Assembly: GCA_030532465.1 (NCBI GenBank)
Contig: JAUNLC010000006.1
Span: 1-60,777, forward strand
Length of the DNA: 60,777 bases
Direction: 5' to 3'
Origin: Campylobacter sp.
GTDB lineage: Bacteria; Campylobacterota; Campylobacteria; Campylobacterales; Campylobacteraceae
Each line of letters begins with the position of its first letter. Within the stretch, counting starts at the first letter, position 1. The position numbers and the translations under genes are program-made. Below the pieces are notes generated by a model that saw nothing but the letters and a program-made list of their open reading frames with translations, did no database searches and had not been told where the DNA came from. Below are positions 33,155-44,200 of the stretch, piece after piece.

Positions 33155-33977
33155 GCTTGCCGGTAGCTACGGCTTTTGTTTTGGGGTAAAGCGCGCGATA
33201 AAGATCGCCGAAAATGCAAAAGATGCCGCAACTATCGGTCCTCTTATACATAATAACGAAGAGATAAATCGTCTTAAGATAAATTTTAACGTTAATACTT
33301 TGCAAGGTATAGATGAGCTTAGCGGTGAAAAAAAGGCTATAATTCGCACTCACGGCATAACCAAAAACGACCTTGCAAAGCTTAAAAGCACAAATATAAA
33401 TGTGATAGATGCAACCTGTCCGTTTGTGACTAAGCCTCAGCAAATTTGCGAGAAAATGAGTAAAGAGGGCTATGATATAGTTATCTTCGGCGATGAAAAT
33501 CACCCAGAAGTAAAGGGTGTAAAATCATACGCTACCGGTAAAGTTTATGTCATCTTGGAAGAGAGTGAGCTAGATAGTATAAAACTATCTCAAAAAGTTG
33601 CAGTTGTAAGCCAAACTACGCGTAAGGTTGAAAAATTTATGCAGATAGTAAACTATCTGATGTTAAAAACCAAAGAGGTTAGGGTTTTTAATACGATTTG
33701 CAACGCTACGCTTGAAAATCAAGATGCGGTTAAAGAGCTTGCAACAAGAGCCGATGTTATGGTAATTATCGGCGGTAAAAACTCATCAAATACAAAACAG
33801 CTCTATCTTATATCAAAGAATTTCTGCAAAGACAGCTATCTGATAGAAAATGAAAACGAGATCGATTCCGCTTGGTTTGACGGCAAAAGCCATTGCGGAG
33901 TAAGTGCCGGCGCAAGTACGCCCGATTGGATTATCCAAAATGTAATATCAAAGATAAAAGAGCTAAAAAAATTATAA
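33144..33977 (+). CDS. ispH: 4-hydroxy-3-methylbut-2-enyl diphosphate reductase
   Basis: GFCFGV, DATCP, HPEV, TICNAT, SSNT, AGASTP. Confidence 0.98.
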   Translation: MKIELAGSYGFCFGVKRAIKIAENAKDAATIGPLIHNNEEINRLKINFNVNTLQGIDELSGEKKAIIRTHGITKNDLAKLKSTNINVIDATCPFVTKPQQICEKMSKEGYDIVIFGDENHPEVKGVKSYATGKVYVILEESELDSIKLSQKVAVVSQTTRKVEKFMQIVNYLMLKTKEVRVFNTICNATLENQDAVKELATRADVMVIIGGKNSSNTKQLYLISKNFCKDSYLIENENEIDSAWFDGKSHCGVSAGASTPDWIIQNVISKIKELKKL

Positions 33978-34175
33978 ATTTTATATAATATATAAAGTAT
34001 TCTTATCTAAATGAAGATATTTAATATTGAGAAAATTTGAAATTTAAAAGCTCTTTAAAACTCAAATTTATGCTGAAATTTTAGTTAGTTAATCTACAAA
34101 TAAGATTTTTTTAAGTATAATAAATCCAATTTGCTCATTACAATGCGCAGATAAAATATACTCAAAAGGACCAAG

Positions 34176-35849
34176 ATGGCTGAGGTGAACAAAAATGTTC
34201 AAATAAACAAGGCGAAAGACGAAGATATCGAAGATATCGATTTTGCCGCGATGTTAGAGGAGTCTTTCAAAAAGACCGAAGAGGATAGCGACGGAATCAT
34301 AGTCGATATTAAAGGTGACGAGGTTTTTGTAAATGTCGGTAAAAAATCGGAGGGTATTTTAAATATCTCTGAAATTAGCGACGAAAACGGTAATCTAAAA
34401 TTTAATGTCGGAGATACGCTAAAAGTGGCTATCACAGGCTCACGCGGCGGCAGGCCTATAGTTTCTCACAAAAAAGCTTTGAGAAAAGAGAAGGTTAAAG
34501 CTTATATCGACGCTTACAATGAAGATAATGAAGATATCTTTGATGTAAAAATAATCAGCAAAAATAAGGGCGGTTTTGTAGCTCAAAATAGCGACGGCAT
34601 AGAATTCTTTCTTCCAAGATCTCAGAGCGGATTTAAAGATACGGGTTCGGTTTTAGGAAAAACTTACAAAGTCAAAGTTATCAAAGTTGATAAAGATGAA
34701 CAAAGTATCATAGTATCAAGAAAGAGAATTCTTGATGAGAATCGTCGCAAGAAAAAAGAGGCCATCAACTCGATAATAGACAATGAAGAGGCTATAGAAG
34801 GAACAGTTAAAAAGATCACCACTTACGGTATGTTTGTAGACGTAGGCGGGGTTGACGGATTGGTTCACTATAGCGAAATAAGCTATAAAGGTCCCGTAAA
34901 TCCAGGTTCGCTTTATAAAGAGGGCGACAAAGTTTTAGTTAAGGTTATAAAATATGATGACGAGAAAAAACATCTATCTTTATCTATTAAGGCTGCTATG
35001 CCTGATCCTTGGGATGAGATAAAAGACGGTTTGGAAGTCGGCGATACTATAAAGGTAATAGTAAGCAACATAGAGCCTTACGGTGCGTTTGTGGATCTTG
35101 GTAACGATATAGAGGGATTTTTACACATATCTGAAATTTCTTGGGATAAAAATATCAAAAATCCAAAAGACCACATAACCGAAGGCGAAGAGCTTGACGT
35201 AGAGGTTGTTGAGATAGATGTGAAAGATCGTCGCTTAAGAGTGAGTCTTAAGAATCTTTTGCCAAAGCCTTTTGATGAATTTAAGGCCAAATTTAAAGAG
35301 GGCGATGTGGTAAAAGGAGTTGTGACTACGGTTACAAATTTTGGAGCCTTCATCAAAATAGGCGCAGTCGAAGGGTTGCTCCATAACGAAGATGCCTCTT
35401 GGGATAGAAGCGATAAATGTAAAGATATGTTTAAGATTGGCGATGAAGTTGAGGTTAAGATTATAAAAATCGATAGTGCCGAGCAAAAAATTTCACTTAA
35501 TCTAAAAGATCTAAAGCAAAGCCCTGTGCAAGAGTATGCCAAGAAATATAATGTAGGCGATATAGTAACCGGTAAAATTCGCGATATTAAAGATTTTGGA
35601 ATTTTTGTAGAGCTTGGAGATAATGTCGATGCCTTAATACGAAAAGAGGATATGGGCAACGTCAAAGTTGAAGAGTTGAATATAAACGATGATATCGAAG
35701 CGGCGATAGCGTTTATAGATGAGAAAAAAAATAGGATTCGCCTAAGCATAAGACGCCTTGCAAAACAAAAAGAGCGTGAGGTGCTAAACGAGATCAATAG
35801 TGATGATAAAGTAACATTGGGCGATATCATAAAAGAGCAGTTGTCGTAA
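34176..35849 (+). CDS. rpsA: 30S ribosomal protein S1
   Basis: Six S1 repeats (YGMFVD, YGAFVD, FGAFIK, FGIFVE). Confidence 0.97.
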   Translation: MAEVNKNVQINKAKDEDIEDIDFAAMLEESFKKTEEDSDGIIVDIKGDEVFVNVGKKSEGILNISEISDENGNLKFNVGDTLKVAITGSRGGRPIVSHKKALRKEKVKAYIDAYNEDNEDIFDVKIISKNKGGFVAQNSDGIEFFLPRSQSGFKDTGSVLGKTYKVKVIKVDKDEQSIIVSRKRILDENRRKKKEAINSIIDNEEAIEGTVKKITTYGMFVDVGGVDGLVHYSEISYKGPVNPGSLYKEGDKVLVKVIKYDDEKKHLSLSIKAAMPDPWDEIKDGLEVGDTIKVIVSNIEPYGAFVDLGNDIEGFLHISEISWDKNIKNPKDHITEGEELDVEVVEIDVKDRRLRVSLKNLLPKPFDEFKAKFKEGDVVKGVVTTVTNFGAFIKIGAVEGLLHNEDASWDRSDKCKDMFKIGDEVEVKIIKIDSAEQKISLNLKDLKQSPVQEYAKKYNVGDIVTGKIRDIKDFGIFVELGDNVDALIRKEDMGNVKVEELNINDDIEAAIAFIDEKKNRIRLSIRRLAKQKEREVLNEINSDDKVTLGDIIKEQLS

Positions 35850-35855
35850 ATTTAG

Positions 35856-36338
35856 ATGAAACGACATCTGTTTGCCTTTGTCGTTCTTTGCTTGCTGGTT
35901 TTTGTTTGCATTTCGGGCTTTATGCTTTGGGACTATGCAAACTCAAATTTAGCTCAAGTCATGCACGATGAAAATCATGTAGAGAAAACAGAGCGGATAG
36001 ATGATGGCAAAAAAGCGAATTTGTGGGTGAACGAGCTTGCGAATTTGCCTCAAAAAGAGTATATTTTAGCGACTAATGAGATATTTATAGAATTTAAGGA
36101 CAAAATAAGCTCAAAAAGCGGGAGTATATATCAGCTTATAATCGATAAAGACGATATATACTCTATGTTTTGTCTTACCCAGACTCTTAAGAATATCTTA
36201 GTTGATTTTAGTATTGTCAGACAAAATTCAACAAATTTAATCTATTTAAACACACAAGACAAAGATGTATTAAACCACGTCATAAACGAACTAAAAACTT
36301 ATGACATACACTCTAACATAAAGGAGATTAAGCTGTGA
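35856..36338 (+). CDS. membrane-anchored periplasmic hypothetical protein (conserved position between rpsA and serA)
   Basis: N-terminal TM helix, DIYSMFCL motif; tightly packed in the operon. Confidence 0.75.
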   Translation: MKRHLFAFVVLCLLVFVCISGFMLWDYANSNLAQVMHDENHVEKTERIDDGKKANLWVNELANLPQKEYILATNEIFIEFKDKISSKSGSIYQLIIDKDDIYSMFCLTQTLKNILVDFSIVRQNSTNLIYLNTQDKDVLNHVINELKTYDIHSNIKEIKL

Positions 36339-37915
36339 AAACCGTAATTGTATGTGATGCCATTCATAAGATAGGCTTTGAAATTTTAAATCGCGAGGAA
36401 AATATCGAGGTTATAGATGCTACATCCGTGCCAAAAGACGAACTTTTAAATATTATCGGTAAGGCCGATGTGGCTATCACTAGAAGCTCAACTGAAATAG
36501 ACGAGAAATTTTTAAACGCCGCTAAAAATTTAAAAGCCCTTGTTAGAGCAGGAGTCGGAGTAGATAACGTAGATATAGAGGGTTGTTCTAAGCGTGGAAT
36601 AATAGCTATGAACGTTCCCACCGCAAACACTATCGCAGCGGTTGAGCTAACCATGGCTCACATGCTGGCTGCTGCTAGAAGCTTTCCGTATGCTCATAAC
36701 GATCTTAAGATAGATAGAATTTGGAAGCGTGAAAAGTGGTACGGAGTGGAGCTTTTTAACAAAACTTTGGGTGTAATCGGCTTTGGAAATATAGGTTCAA
36801 GAGTTGCCATAAGAGCCGCTGCGTTTGGTATGAAGATAGTTGCTTACGACCCATACATCGATCCTTCAAAAGTAACCGATATGGGCGGAATTTATACTAG
36901 AGATTTTGATGATATTTTAGCTTGCGATTTTATAACTATCCATACTCCAAAGACAAAGGAGACGAAGGACATCATCGGTGAAAATGAAATTTTAAAGATG
37001 AAAGACGGGGTTCGCCTTATAAACTGTGCGCGCGGTGGACTTTACAATGAAGAAGCTCTTTACAACGGGCTTAAAAGCGGCAAGATAGCCTTTGCCGGCA
37101 TCGACGTCTTTTCAAAAGAGCCTGCGACGGACCATCCTTTGTTGGAGCTTAATAATGTAAGCGTAACCCCGCATCTTGGTGCAAACACTCTTGAATCTCA
37201 AAGTAATATCGCAGTAGCGGCTGCCGAGCAGGCTATAAGCGCAGCTCGCGGCATTAGCTATCCAAATGCCCTAAATTTACCTATCAAAACCGAGGATCTG
37301 CCTCCTTTTGTAGAGCCTTACATAGAGCTAATTTCAAAGATGTCGTTTCTTGCGGCACAGCTAACTCAAAGCCCTGTAAAGGCCATCAAGGTTGAGGCTG
37401 ACGGACAGATAGGCAACTACATAAAATCGATGCTTACTTTTGCTATCGTCGGTGTTTTAAAAGAGAGTTTGGGCGATAAGATAAACTATGTAAACGCTCA
37501 GTTTATAGCCGATGAAAAGGGAATTTTGACCGATTGTACATGTGTTCCTGAAAGCGGATATAAAAATAAAATTACCGTTAAAATCACTACGGATCAAGGC
37601 ATAACCTCTGTTAGCGGAACTGTTTTTGCCGACGCTTCCGAGCAGCGCATAGTAAATATCAACGGTTTTAAAACAGACTTTAAGCCAAAAGGTAAGATGA
37701 TAATCTTTAAAAACTCCGATGTTCCGGGAGTTATCGCAAAAATCAGTACGATTTTAGCCGAGGAGAGAATCAATATCGCGGATTTTCGTCTTGGACGCGA
37801 CGAACACGGCTTTGCTCTTGCGGTTGTGCTTGTGGACGAGAAGGTCTCTAAAGAGACGCTTAAAAAACTTAACGAACTTGATGTTTGTGTCTGGGCAAAA
37901 TACGCAGTTATCTGA
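36335..37915 (+). CDS. serA: D-3-phosphoglycerate dehydrogenase
   Basis: RAGVGVDN, GFGNIG, NCARGG, TPHLGA; C-terminal ACT domain NSDVPGVI. Confidence 0.97.
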   Translation: MKTVIVCDAIHKIGFEILNREENIEVIDATSVPKDELLNIIGKADVAITRSSTEIDEKFLNAAKNLKALVRAGVGVDNVDIEGCSKRGIIAMNVPTANTIAAVELTMAHMLAAARSFPYAHNDLKIDRIWKREKWYGVELFNKTLGVIGFGNIGSRVAIRAAAFGMKIVAYDPYIDPSKVTDMGGIYTRDFDDILACDFITIHTPKTKETKDIIGENEILKMKDGVRLINCARGGLYNEEALYNGLKSGKIAFAGIDVFSKEPATDHPLLELNNVSVTPHLGANTLESQSNIAVAAAEQAISAARGISYPNALNLPIKTEDLPPFVEPYIELISKMSFLAAQLTQSPVKAIKVEADGQIGNYIKSMLTFAIVGVLKESLGDKINYVNAQFIADEKGILTDCTCVPESGYKNKITVKITTDQGITSVSGTVFADASEQRIVNINGFKTDFKPKGKMIIFKNSDVPGVIAKISTILAEERINIADFRLGRDEHGFALAVVLVDEKVSKETLKKLNELDVCVWAKYAVI

Positions 37916-37919
37916 TTTA

Positions 37920-37938
37920 AGCCCTCTTTTTGAGGGCT
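37920..37938 (+). terminator. hairpin after serA
   Basis: agccctc-ttttt-gagggct. Confidence 0.6.
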
Positions 37939-37963
37939 AACTCAATAAATTCAAAGGCTTTGA

Positions 37964-38194
37964 TTGAGCAAAATTTTATCTTTTCTCTTGTTGGCTACTT
38001 TGTTTGCAGGCTGCGAAAGCGAAGTTCGTAATAAAACTTCTAAAAATTTTGAGAAAATTTTGACGCAAAAGAGAAAAATTCAAAATATATCCGAAGAAGA
38101 GCCAACCGTTAGCGAACAACTAACCAGAGAGATACACTCTCAGATGGATCATAGTCTCAAAAAAGAGGGAAAGTTTAAATTCGGTAGCAAATAG
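37964..38194 (+). CDS. small putative lipoprotein
   Basis: TTG start after AAAGG; signal peptide with lipobox LFAGC. Confidence 0.6.
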   Translation: MSKILSFLLLATLFAGCESEVRNKTSKNFEKILTQKRKIQNISEEEPTVSEQLTREIHSQMDHSLKKEGKFKFGSK

Positions 38195-38301
38195 CAGCTG
38201 CATCAATCTCTTTACGCTTCAAATTTCTCTTTAAATTTTAAAATTTTATCTACTGTCATCCTTCTAAAATCAACTTAATAATGATTTTATAATCCTAATT
38301 T

Positions 38302-38310
38302 TGATATAAT
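38302..38310 (+). promoter_or_regulatory. extended -10 promoter of efp
   Basis: TGATATAAT, then AAGGAG RBS and ATG 38338. Confidence 0.6.
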
Positions 38311-38337
38311 CGCCAAGTTTATTTATAAGGAGAATTT

Positions 38338-38904
38338 ATGGCAACATATTCAATGGGTGATCTAAAAAAGGGCTTAAAGATCGAGATAGACGGGATTCCT
38401 TACAAAGTAGTCGAGTATCAACACGTAAAACCGGGCAAGGGGGCCGCATTTGTAAGGGCTAAGATAAAATCTTTCATAGATGGAAAAGTGCTTGAAAAGA
38501 CATTTCATGCGGGCGATAAATGCGATCAGCCAAATTTGGAAGAAAAGCAGATGCAGTATCTTTACGACGACGGAGAATACTGTCAATTTATGGATACGGT
38601 AACTTACGAGCAAGTGGCGATAAGCGACGATGATGTGGGCGATGTGAAAAAATGGATGATAGACGGCATGATGGTAGATATTTTGTTTCACAACGGCAAA
38701 GCTATCGGAGTAGAGGTTCCGCAAGTTGTCGAGTTAAAAATCGTAGAAACTCCGCCAAATTTCAAAGGCGATACGCAAGGGGGCAAAAAGCCTGCTACGC
38801 TTGAAAGCGGTGCAGTAGTGCAAATTCCTTTTCACGTGCTTGAAGGCGAAGTTATCCGCGTAGATACCGTTAGAGGCGAATATATCGAAAGAGCAAATAA
38901 ATAG
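38338..38904 (+). CDS. efp: elongation factor P
   Basis: [24 protein letters not shown]. Confidence 0.98.
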   Translation: MATYSMGDLKKGLKIEIDGIPYKVVEYQHVKPGKGAAFVRAKIKSFIDGKVLEKTFHAGDKCDQPNLEEKQMQYLYDDGEYCQFMDTVTYEQVAISDDDVGDVKKWMIDGMMVDILFHNGKAIGVEVPQVVELKIVETPPNFKGDTQGGKKPATLESGAVVQIPFHVLEGEVIRVDTVRGEYIERANK

Positions 38905-38965
38905 TTTTTAAAATCCAGCTTGGGTTTTAAATTTAAGACTTAAGTTTTATAAATTTAACCGATAA

Positions 38966-38992
38966 AGTCAAGGCCAAAATTTGACCTTGACT
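38966..38992. terminator. bidirectional terminator between efp and the selenoprotein gene
   Basis: agtcaagg-ccaaaatttga-ccttgact. Confidence 0.65.
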
Positions 38993-39000
38993 CTTAGAAT

Positions 39001-39252
39001 TTAGGCGGATTTCTTTAGGTTTTCTACTAAAAGCTCGATATCTTCGTGATTTGGTAGAGCGTTTACGCTTGTGCCTATCAGATCTTTTTTGGAAAATACG
39101 ACTTTTCCATCAACTTCAACTATGAAGTTTCCGCCACTTCCGACGACTTTGCTAACCCTAGCACCTTTGATTTCTGAAAGTATTCTTTCTTCTACACGAG
39201 AAGCTGTCGGTTTGTAATTTCAAGAATTACAATAGGTAATCTTTACTTCCAT
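39001..39252 (-). CDS. SelW/SelT/SelH (Rdx family) selenoprotein, 83 aa, CxxU
   Basis: Own translation: MEVKITYCNS-U-NYKPTASRVEERILSEIKGARVSKVVGSGGNFIVEVDGKVVFSKKDLIG...KKSA*; in-frame TGA at 39220-39222; AAGGA RBS; absent from ORF track. Confidence 0.9.
39189..39203 (-). promoter_or_regulatory. putative bacterial SECIS hairpin
   Basis: mRNA CUUCU-CGUGU-AGAAG; loop starts 21 nt after UGA, with GU at loop positions 2-3. Confidence 0.7.
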
Positions 39253-39342
39253 TTTTGTCCTTTCTTGTCAAGAAGTTTAAGATTCTAACACAAATTCAGT
39301 AAATTTAACGTATAATGAGGAAAATAACCCAAAGGAGCAAAT

Positions 39343-39891
39343 ATGAAAAAAGTGGCTGTAATACTTGCAAACGGCTTTGAAGAGATTGAAGCGACAACTA
39401 TTATCGATGTTTTAAGAAGAGCGGGTTTGGAGGCAAAATTTGTAGGGCTTGATGCGGATTTGCTAACCGGAGCGCACGGAGTAAAAATTTATGCCGACAC
39501 CGTTCTTGATAAGATTAGTCAAAGCGATTTTGATATGATAGTTCTTCCCGGAGGCTTACCCGGCGCCGAGCACTTGGCAAAGAGCGCTAAACTTCAAGCG
39601 CTTTTAAAAGAATTTGATGCCAAAGGCAAATTTATAGGCGCGATTTGTGCAGCCCCGATGGCTTTGGCGACTTCAGGGGTGATAAAAGAAAACTACACAT
39701 GCTATCCGGGATTTGAGACCAACGTTAAAGATAGCGGATATATAAGCTCGCAAAATGTCGTTAAAGACGGCAATATCATCACCTCGCGAGGTCCTGCTAC
39801 GGCTATGGAATTTGCGCTTGAGCTAGTTAAAAACCTTTGCGGCGAGCAAATTTATAAAGAGGTCAAAGAGGGACTTTTGTTCGTAAAGTAA
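39343..39891 (+). CDS. DJ-1/YajL/ThiJ family glyoxalase/deglycase
   Basis: GFEEIE, DVLRRAG, LPGGLPG, AICAAP, TSRGPAT. Confidence 0.93.
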   Translation: MKKVAVILANGFEEIEATTIIDVLRRAGLEAKFVGLDADLLTGAHGVKIYADTVLDKISQSDFDMIVLPGGLPGAEHLAKSAKLQALLKEFDAKGKFIGAICAAPMALATSGVIKENYTCYPGFETNVKDSGYISSQNVVKDGNIITSRGPATAMEFALELVKNLCGEQIYKEVKEGLLFVK

Positions 39892-40004
39892 ACAATTTTT
39901 ATAAATTTAGCTTTAAATATCAAATTTTCTAGCTATTTTTAATAAATTCAGGTATTATCATTAAACCGATTTTGTCGGAAATTTGAAACTAAGGAAACGT
40001 TACT

Positions 40005-40247
40005 GTGAATATTTACGTCGGTAACTTGTCATATCGCATGACTGAGGCAGAGCTTAAGGATACTTTTTCGCCGTTTGGCGAAGTAAAACGCGCGAAAATA
40101 GTAAAAGATCGTGATACGAATCGTTCAAAGGGATTTGGATTTGTCGAGATGGACGAAGCCGAAGGGTTAAAGGCGATAGAGGCGCTAAATGACAAAGAGA
40201 TCGGCGGTAGAACTTTAAGAGTAAACGAAGCTCGCCCGAAAGAATAG
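40005..40247 (+). CDS. single-RRM RNA-binding protein
   Basis: RNP2 IYVGNL, RNP1 KGFGFVEM, LRVNEARP. Confidence 0.95.
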   Translation: MNIYVGNLSYRMTEAELKDTFSPFGEVKRAKIVKDRDTNRSKGFGFVEMDEAEGLKAIEALNDKEIGGRTLRVNEARPKE

Positions 40248-40255
40248 TCAAATGC

Positions 40256-40282
40256 TCAAGCCGTTATACTCTAGCGGCTTGA
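40256..40282. terminator. hairpin after the RRM gene
   Basis: tcaagccgtta-tactc-tagcggcttga. Confidence 0.6.
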
Positions 40283-40323
40283 AAAATAGTTAAATTTAGC
40301 TTAAATTTAAGCTCAACTCATTT

Positions 40324-41235
40324 ATGAAACACCAAATTATCTCTCGCATAGCTCCTACTCCTAGCGGATTTCTCCACGCGGGAAATGTATATAACTTTCT
40401 TTTAACCTATCTTTTTACCCGCACGCTTGATGGAATTTTGTACCTTCGCATCGATGATTACGACCTTGTAAGATATAAAAGCCAATATACCGAAAACATC
40501 TTTCGCGTGCTTGATATGCTTGGTATCGACTTTGACGCCGGAGCAAGCTGCGTAGCTGAATTTGAGGCAAAATTTAGCTCTAAATTTAGAGCTTCAAGCT
40601 ATGAAAATGCGCTTAAGAGACTTGAAAATTTAGGAGTTTGCTATGCTTGCGAGTGCTCTCACTCGATGAAAAACTCCTTTGAAAACGGCATTTATAAACA
40701 AATTTGTCTAAATAAAAATCTAAAATTTATCTCCGATAAAACTTGTATCAGGCTTCACGTAAATAGCGGTGAGGAGATAAATGTTGGATGTGATTTGGCA
40801 AAATTTGGCTTTGCAAATTTAAACCAAAGCAAAAAGATAAATTTGGATAAAAATATGGGCGATTTTATGATATATAAAAAAGACGCTCTAGCGGCTTATA
40901 ACCTTGCAAGCCTCATTGACGACGAGCTGCTCGGGGTAAATTTGCTCGTGCGTGGAGAGGATCTTCTTACTTGCTCGGCAGCTCAAAAATATATGGCAAA
41001 TTTGCTTGGACTAAATTTTAAAAATGCAAATTTTATCCATCATAGTCTGCTTAAAAGCGGGGATAAAAAACTATCAAAAACTTCAAATGCGCCTGCCGTA
41101 AATTTAAAAGACGGAGCGAAAATTCACTATAAATTTCTAGCCGAAAAACTTGGTTTAAACGAGGCAAGATGCGACACTTTATCAAATTTGCTCGAAGCCT
41201 TTAAAGAAAATATAAGTCTCATAAAAGCGCTCTAA
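40324..41235 (+). CDS. truncated GluRS paralog (glutamyl-Q tRNA(Asp) synthetase-like), no anticodon-binding domain
   Basis: RIAPTPSGFLHAGN (HIGH-like), LRIDD, CECS, VRGEDL, KKLSK (KMSKS-like); only 303 aa. Confidence 0.8.
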   Translation: MKHQIISRIAPTPSGFLHAGNVYNFLLTYLFTRTLDGILYLRIDDYDLVRYKSQYTENIFRVLDMLGIDFDAGASCVAEFEAKFSSKFRASSYENALKRLENLGVCYACECSHSMKNSFENGIYKQICLNKNLKFISDKTCIRLHVNSGEEINVGCDLAKFGFANLNQSKKINLDKNMGDFMIYKKDALAAYNLASLIDDELLGVNLLVRGEDLLTCSAAQKYMANLLGLNFKNANFIHHSLLKSGDKKLSKTSNAPAVNLKDGAKIHYKFLAEKLGLNEARCDTLSNLLEAFKENISLIKAL

Positions 41236-41272
41236 AAGCTACTATTTTGTAAAATCAGACCTAATAAAAGGA

Positions 41273-44200
41273 ATGATTATGAGCGATTTTACACATTTAC
41301 ATCTGCACACCGAATACTCCTTGCTTGACGGTGCAAACAAGATAAAAGAGCTTGCAAAAACGCTTAAAAAACAAGGCGTAAGCTCGGTAGCCATAACCGA
41401 TCACGGAAATATGTTTGGGGCGATTGATTTTTATAAGACGATGAAAGGCGAGGGCATAAAGCCGATAATCGGCATAGAGGCCTACATCCATAACAGCGAA
41501 GATTTGGGCGATAAGACATCCAAACAGCGCTTTCACCTGTGTCTTTTTGCCAAAAACGAGATAGGCTATAAAAATTTGATGTATCTAAGTTCGATGAGCT
41601 ATATCGAAGGCTTTTACTACTATCCGCGCATAAACAAAAAACTGCTAAGAGAGCATAGCGAAGGTGTGATATGTAGCTCGGCTTGCCTTCAAGGCGAAGT
41701 GAATTGGCACTTAAACGAGAGCGAGAGAAATTTGCGCTACGGGGCCGGCGGGTATGAAAAGGCGCTTGAAGTGGCGCGCGAGTATAAAGAAATTTTCGGC
41801 GAGGATTTTTACCTTGAGATCATGCGCCACGGTATCGGCGATCAGCGCAGGATAGACGATCAAATTTTGCGTATCGCAAAAGAGCTTGATATCAAGATAA
41901 TCGCCACAAACGACACTCACTATACTTTTCAGCAAAGAGCCGACGCGCACGAGGTTTTCATGTGTATCGCGATGAACAAACTGCTTGATGATCCAAACCG
42001 CTTGCGCCATAGCGTGCATGAATTTTACGTTAAGACTCCCGCGCAGATGAGTGAGCTTTTTGCCGATATCCCGGAAGCCATAGAAAATACACAAGAGATC
42101 GCGGAAAAATGCAATCTTGAGATCAAACTCGGCGACGCTACTCCGCCAAATTTTAAATTTACCCTCGAGTGTGCGGCAGAGCGAGGACTGAGCTTGCCGG
42201 AGCCTGAAAATCGCTACAGCTTTGCAAACGATACGGTCTTGTTTGAATACGAGTGCAAAGAGGGGCTTAAAGAGAGGCTTAAATTTATCCCCCAAGAAAA
42301 GCACGCCGAATATGAAGCACGCTTGAAAGTTGAGATGGATATCATAAATAAGATGAATTTCCCGGGATATATGATGATCGTTTGGGACTTTATAAGGGAG
42401 GCTAAAAAGCGCGGTGTGCCGGTTGGTCCCGGTAGAGGCTCGGCGGCAGGCTCGCTTGTGGCGTATTCGCTAAAGATAACCGATCTTGACCCTATACCTT
42501 ACAACCTGCTTTTTGAGAGATTTTTAAATCCCGAACGCGTAAGCATGCCTGATATAGATGTCGATTTTTGTCAGGATAGAAGAGGCGAGATAATTGATTA
42601 TGTTATCGAAAAATACGGCAAATTTAATGTCGCTCAAGTTATAACGTTTGGTAAGTTGCTTGCCAAGGGCGTTATCCGCGATGTCGCTCGGGTTTGCAAT
42701 ATGCCTTATGCCGAAGCCGACGCTATGGCAAAACTGATCCCCGATGAGCTTGGTATCACGCTTGAGGGGGCTTTTGAAAAAGAGCCTAAGATTAAAGAAC
42801 TTATCGATAAAAACGCAAACGCGGCTAGAATTTGGAAATTCGCTCTTGATCTAGAAGGGCTTAATAGAAACGCAGGTATGCACGCAGCTGGAGTGGTCAT
42901 CTCAAACGAAGAGCTTTGGAATAAAGCCCCTCTTTTTCGCCAGCCAAATAGCGCCGAAGATCACTTTGTAACTCAGTATAGCCTAAAATATCTTGAGGAT
43001 GTGGATCTTATCAAATTTGACTTCCTCGGGCTTAAAACTCTAACGGTGATTGACAACTCCATAAAACTTATAAAACATAGATTTGGCAAAGATATCATCT
43101 GGGAGCAGATAGACATAAACGATGCAAACGTTTATAAGACCATTCAAAGCGGTCAGGCGATAGGACTCTTTCAGGTTGAAAGCGACGGTATGCGAAAGCT
43201 TGGATTTAGCCTAAGGCCTGACTGTTTTGAGGATATCGTCGCGATGCTTGCTCTATATCGTCCGGGACCGATGGAGAGTGGTATGCTTGATGATTTTGTT
43301 AAGCGTAAACACGGAGAGGCTGAAATTTCGTATCTTTTCAAAGAGCTTGAGCCTATACTTGAGCCTACATATGGGGTTATAGTATACCAAGAGCAGGTTA
43401 TGCAGATAGTTCAAACCATAGGCGGATTTAGCTTAGGAGGCGCTGATCTGGTGCGCCGCGCTATGGGTAAAAAGATAAAAGAGGAGATGGATAGGTTAAA
43501 GGGGCAGTTTGTAGAGGGTGCGGTAGCTAAGGGGCTAAACGGACAAAAGGCGGACGATCTCTTTGAACTAATCGTAAAATTTGCCGGATACGGATTTAAC
43601 AAATCCCACTCTGCGGCATATGCCTTTATCACTTTTCAAACCGCATATCTAAAGACCTACTATCCTGCCGAATTTATGGCGGCTCTTTTAACAAGCGAAG
43701 AGGATAATGTCGATAAGGTCGTAAAATATATCGATGAGACAAAACGCATGGGCATAGCTATCCTGCCGCCTTGCATAAATCGCTCTATGAAGGAATTTAG
43801 CGTTGTTAGCGAGAATGGAAGCGATGCTATTATATTTGGGCTTGGAGCTATTAAGGGAGTGGGAAATTCCGCGATAGAAAACATCATAGAGGAGCGGGCA
43901 AACGGCGAATTTGAGAGTCTTGATGATTTTGTCTCGCGAATTGACAGTTTTAAGGTAAATAGAAGAGTCATAGAAAGCCTTATAAAATCAGGCTCGTTTG
44001 ACTGCTTTAATTACACCAGAAAGATGCTTTTAAACAACCTTGACAATATAATAGAGGCTTGCAAGAGCGCTGCTTTGATCAAGAAAAATAGTGCAGAAAG
44101 TCTATTTGGCGAAGATGAGAGCATGAATAACGTAAAAATAAATTTGCTTGTCGATAACACCGAATTTGAGCTAAAAGAGAGGCTTTTACATGAGCGAGAT

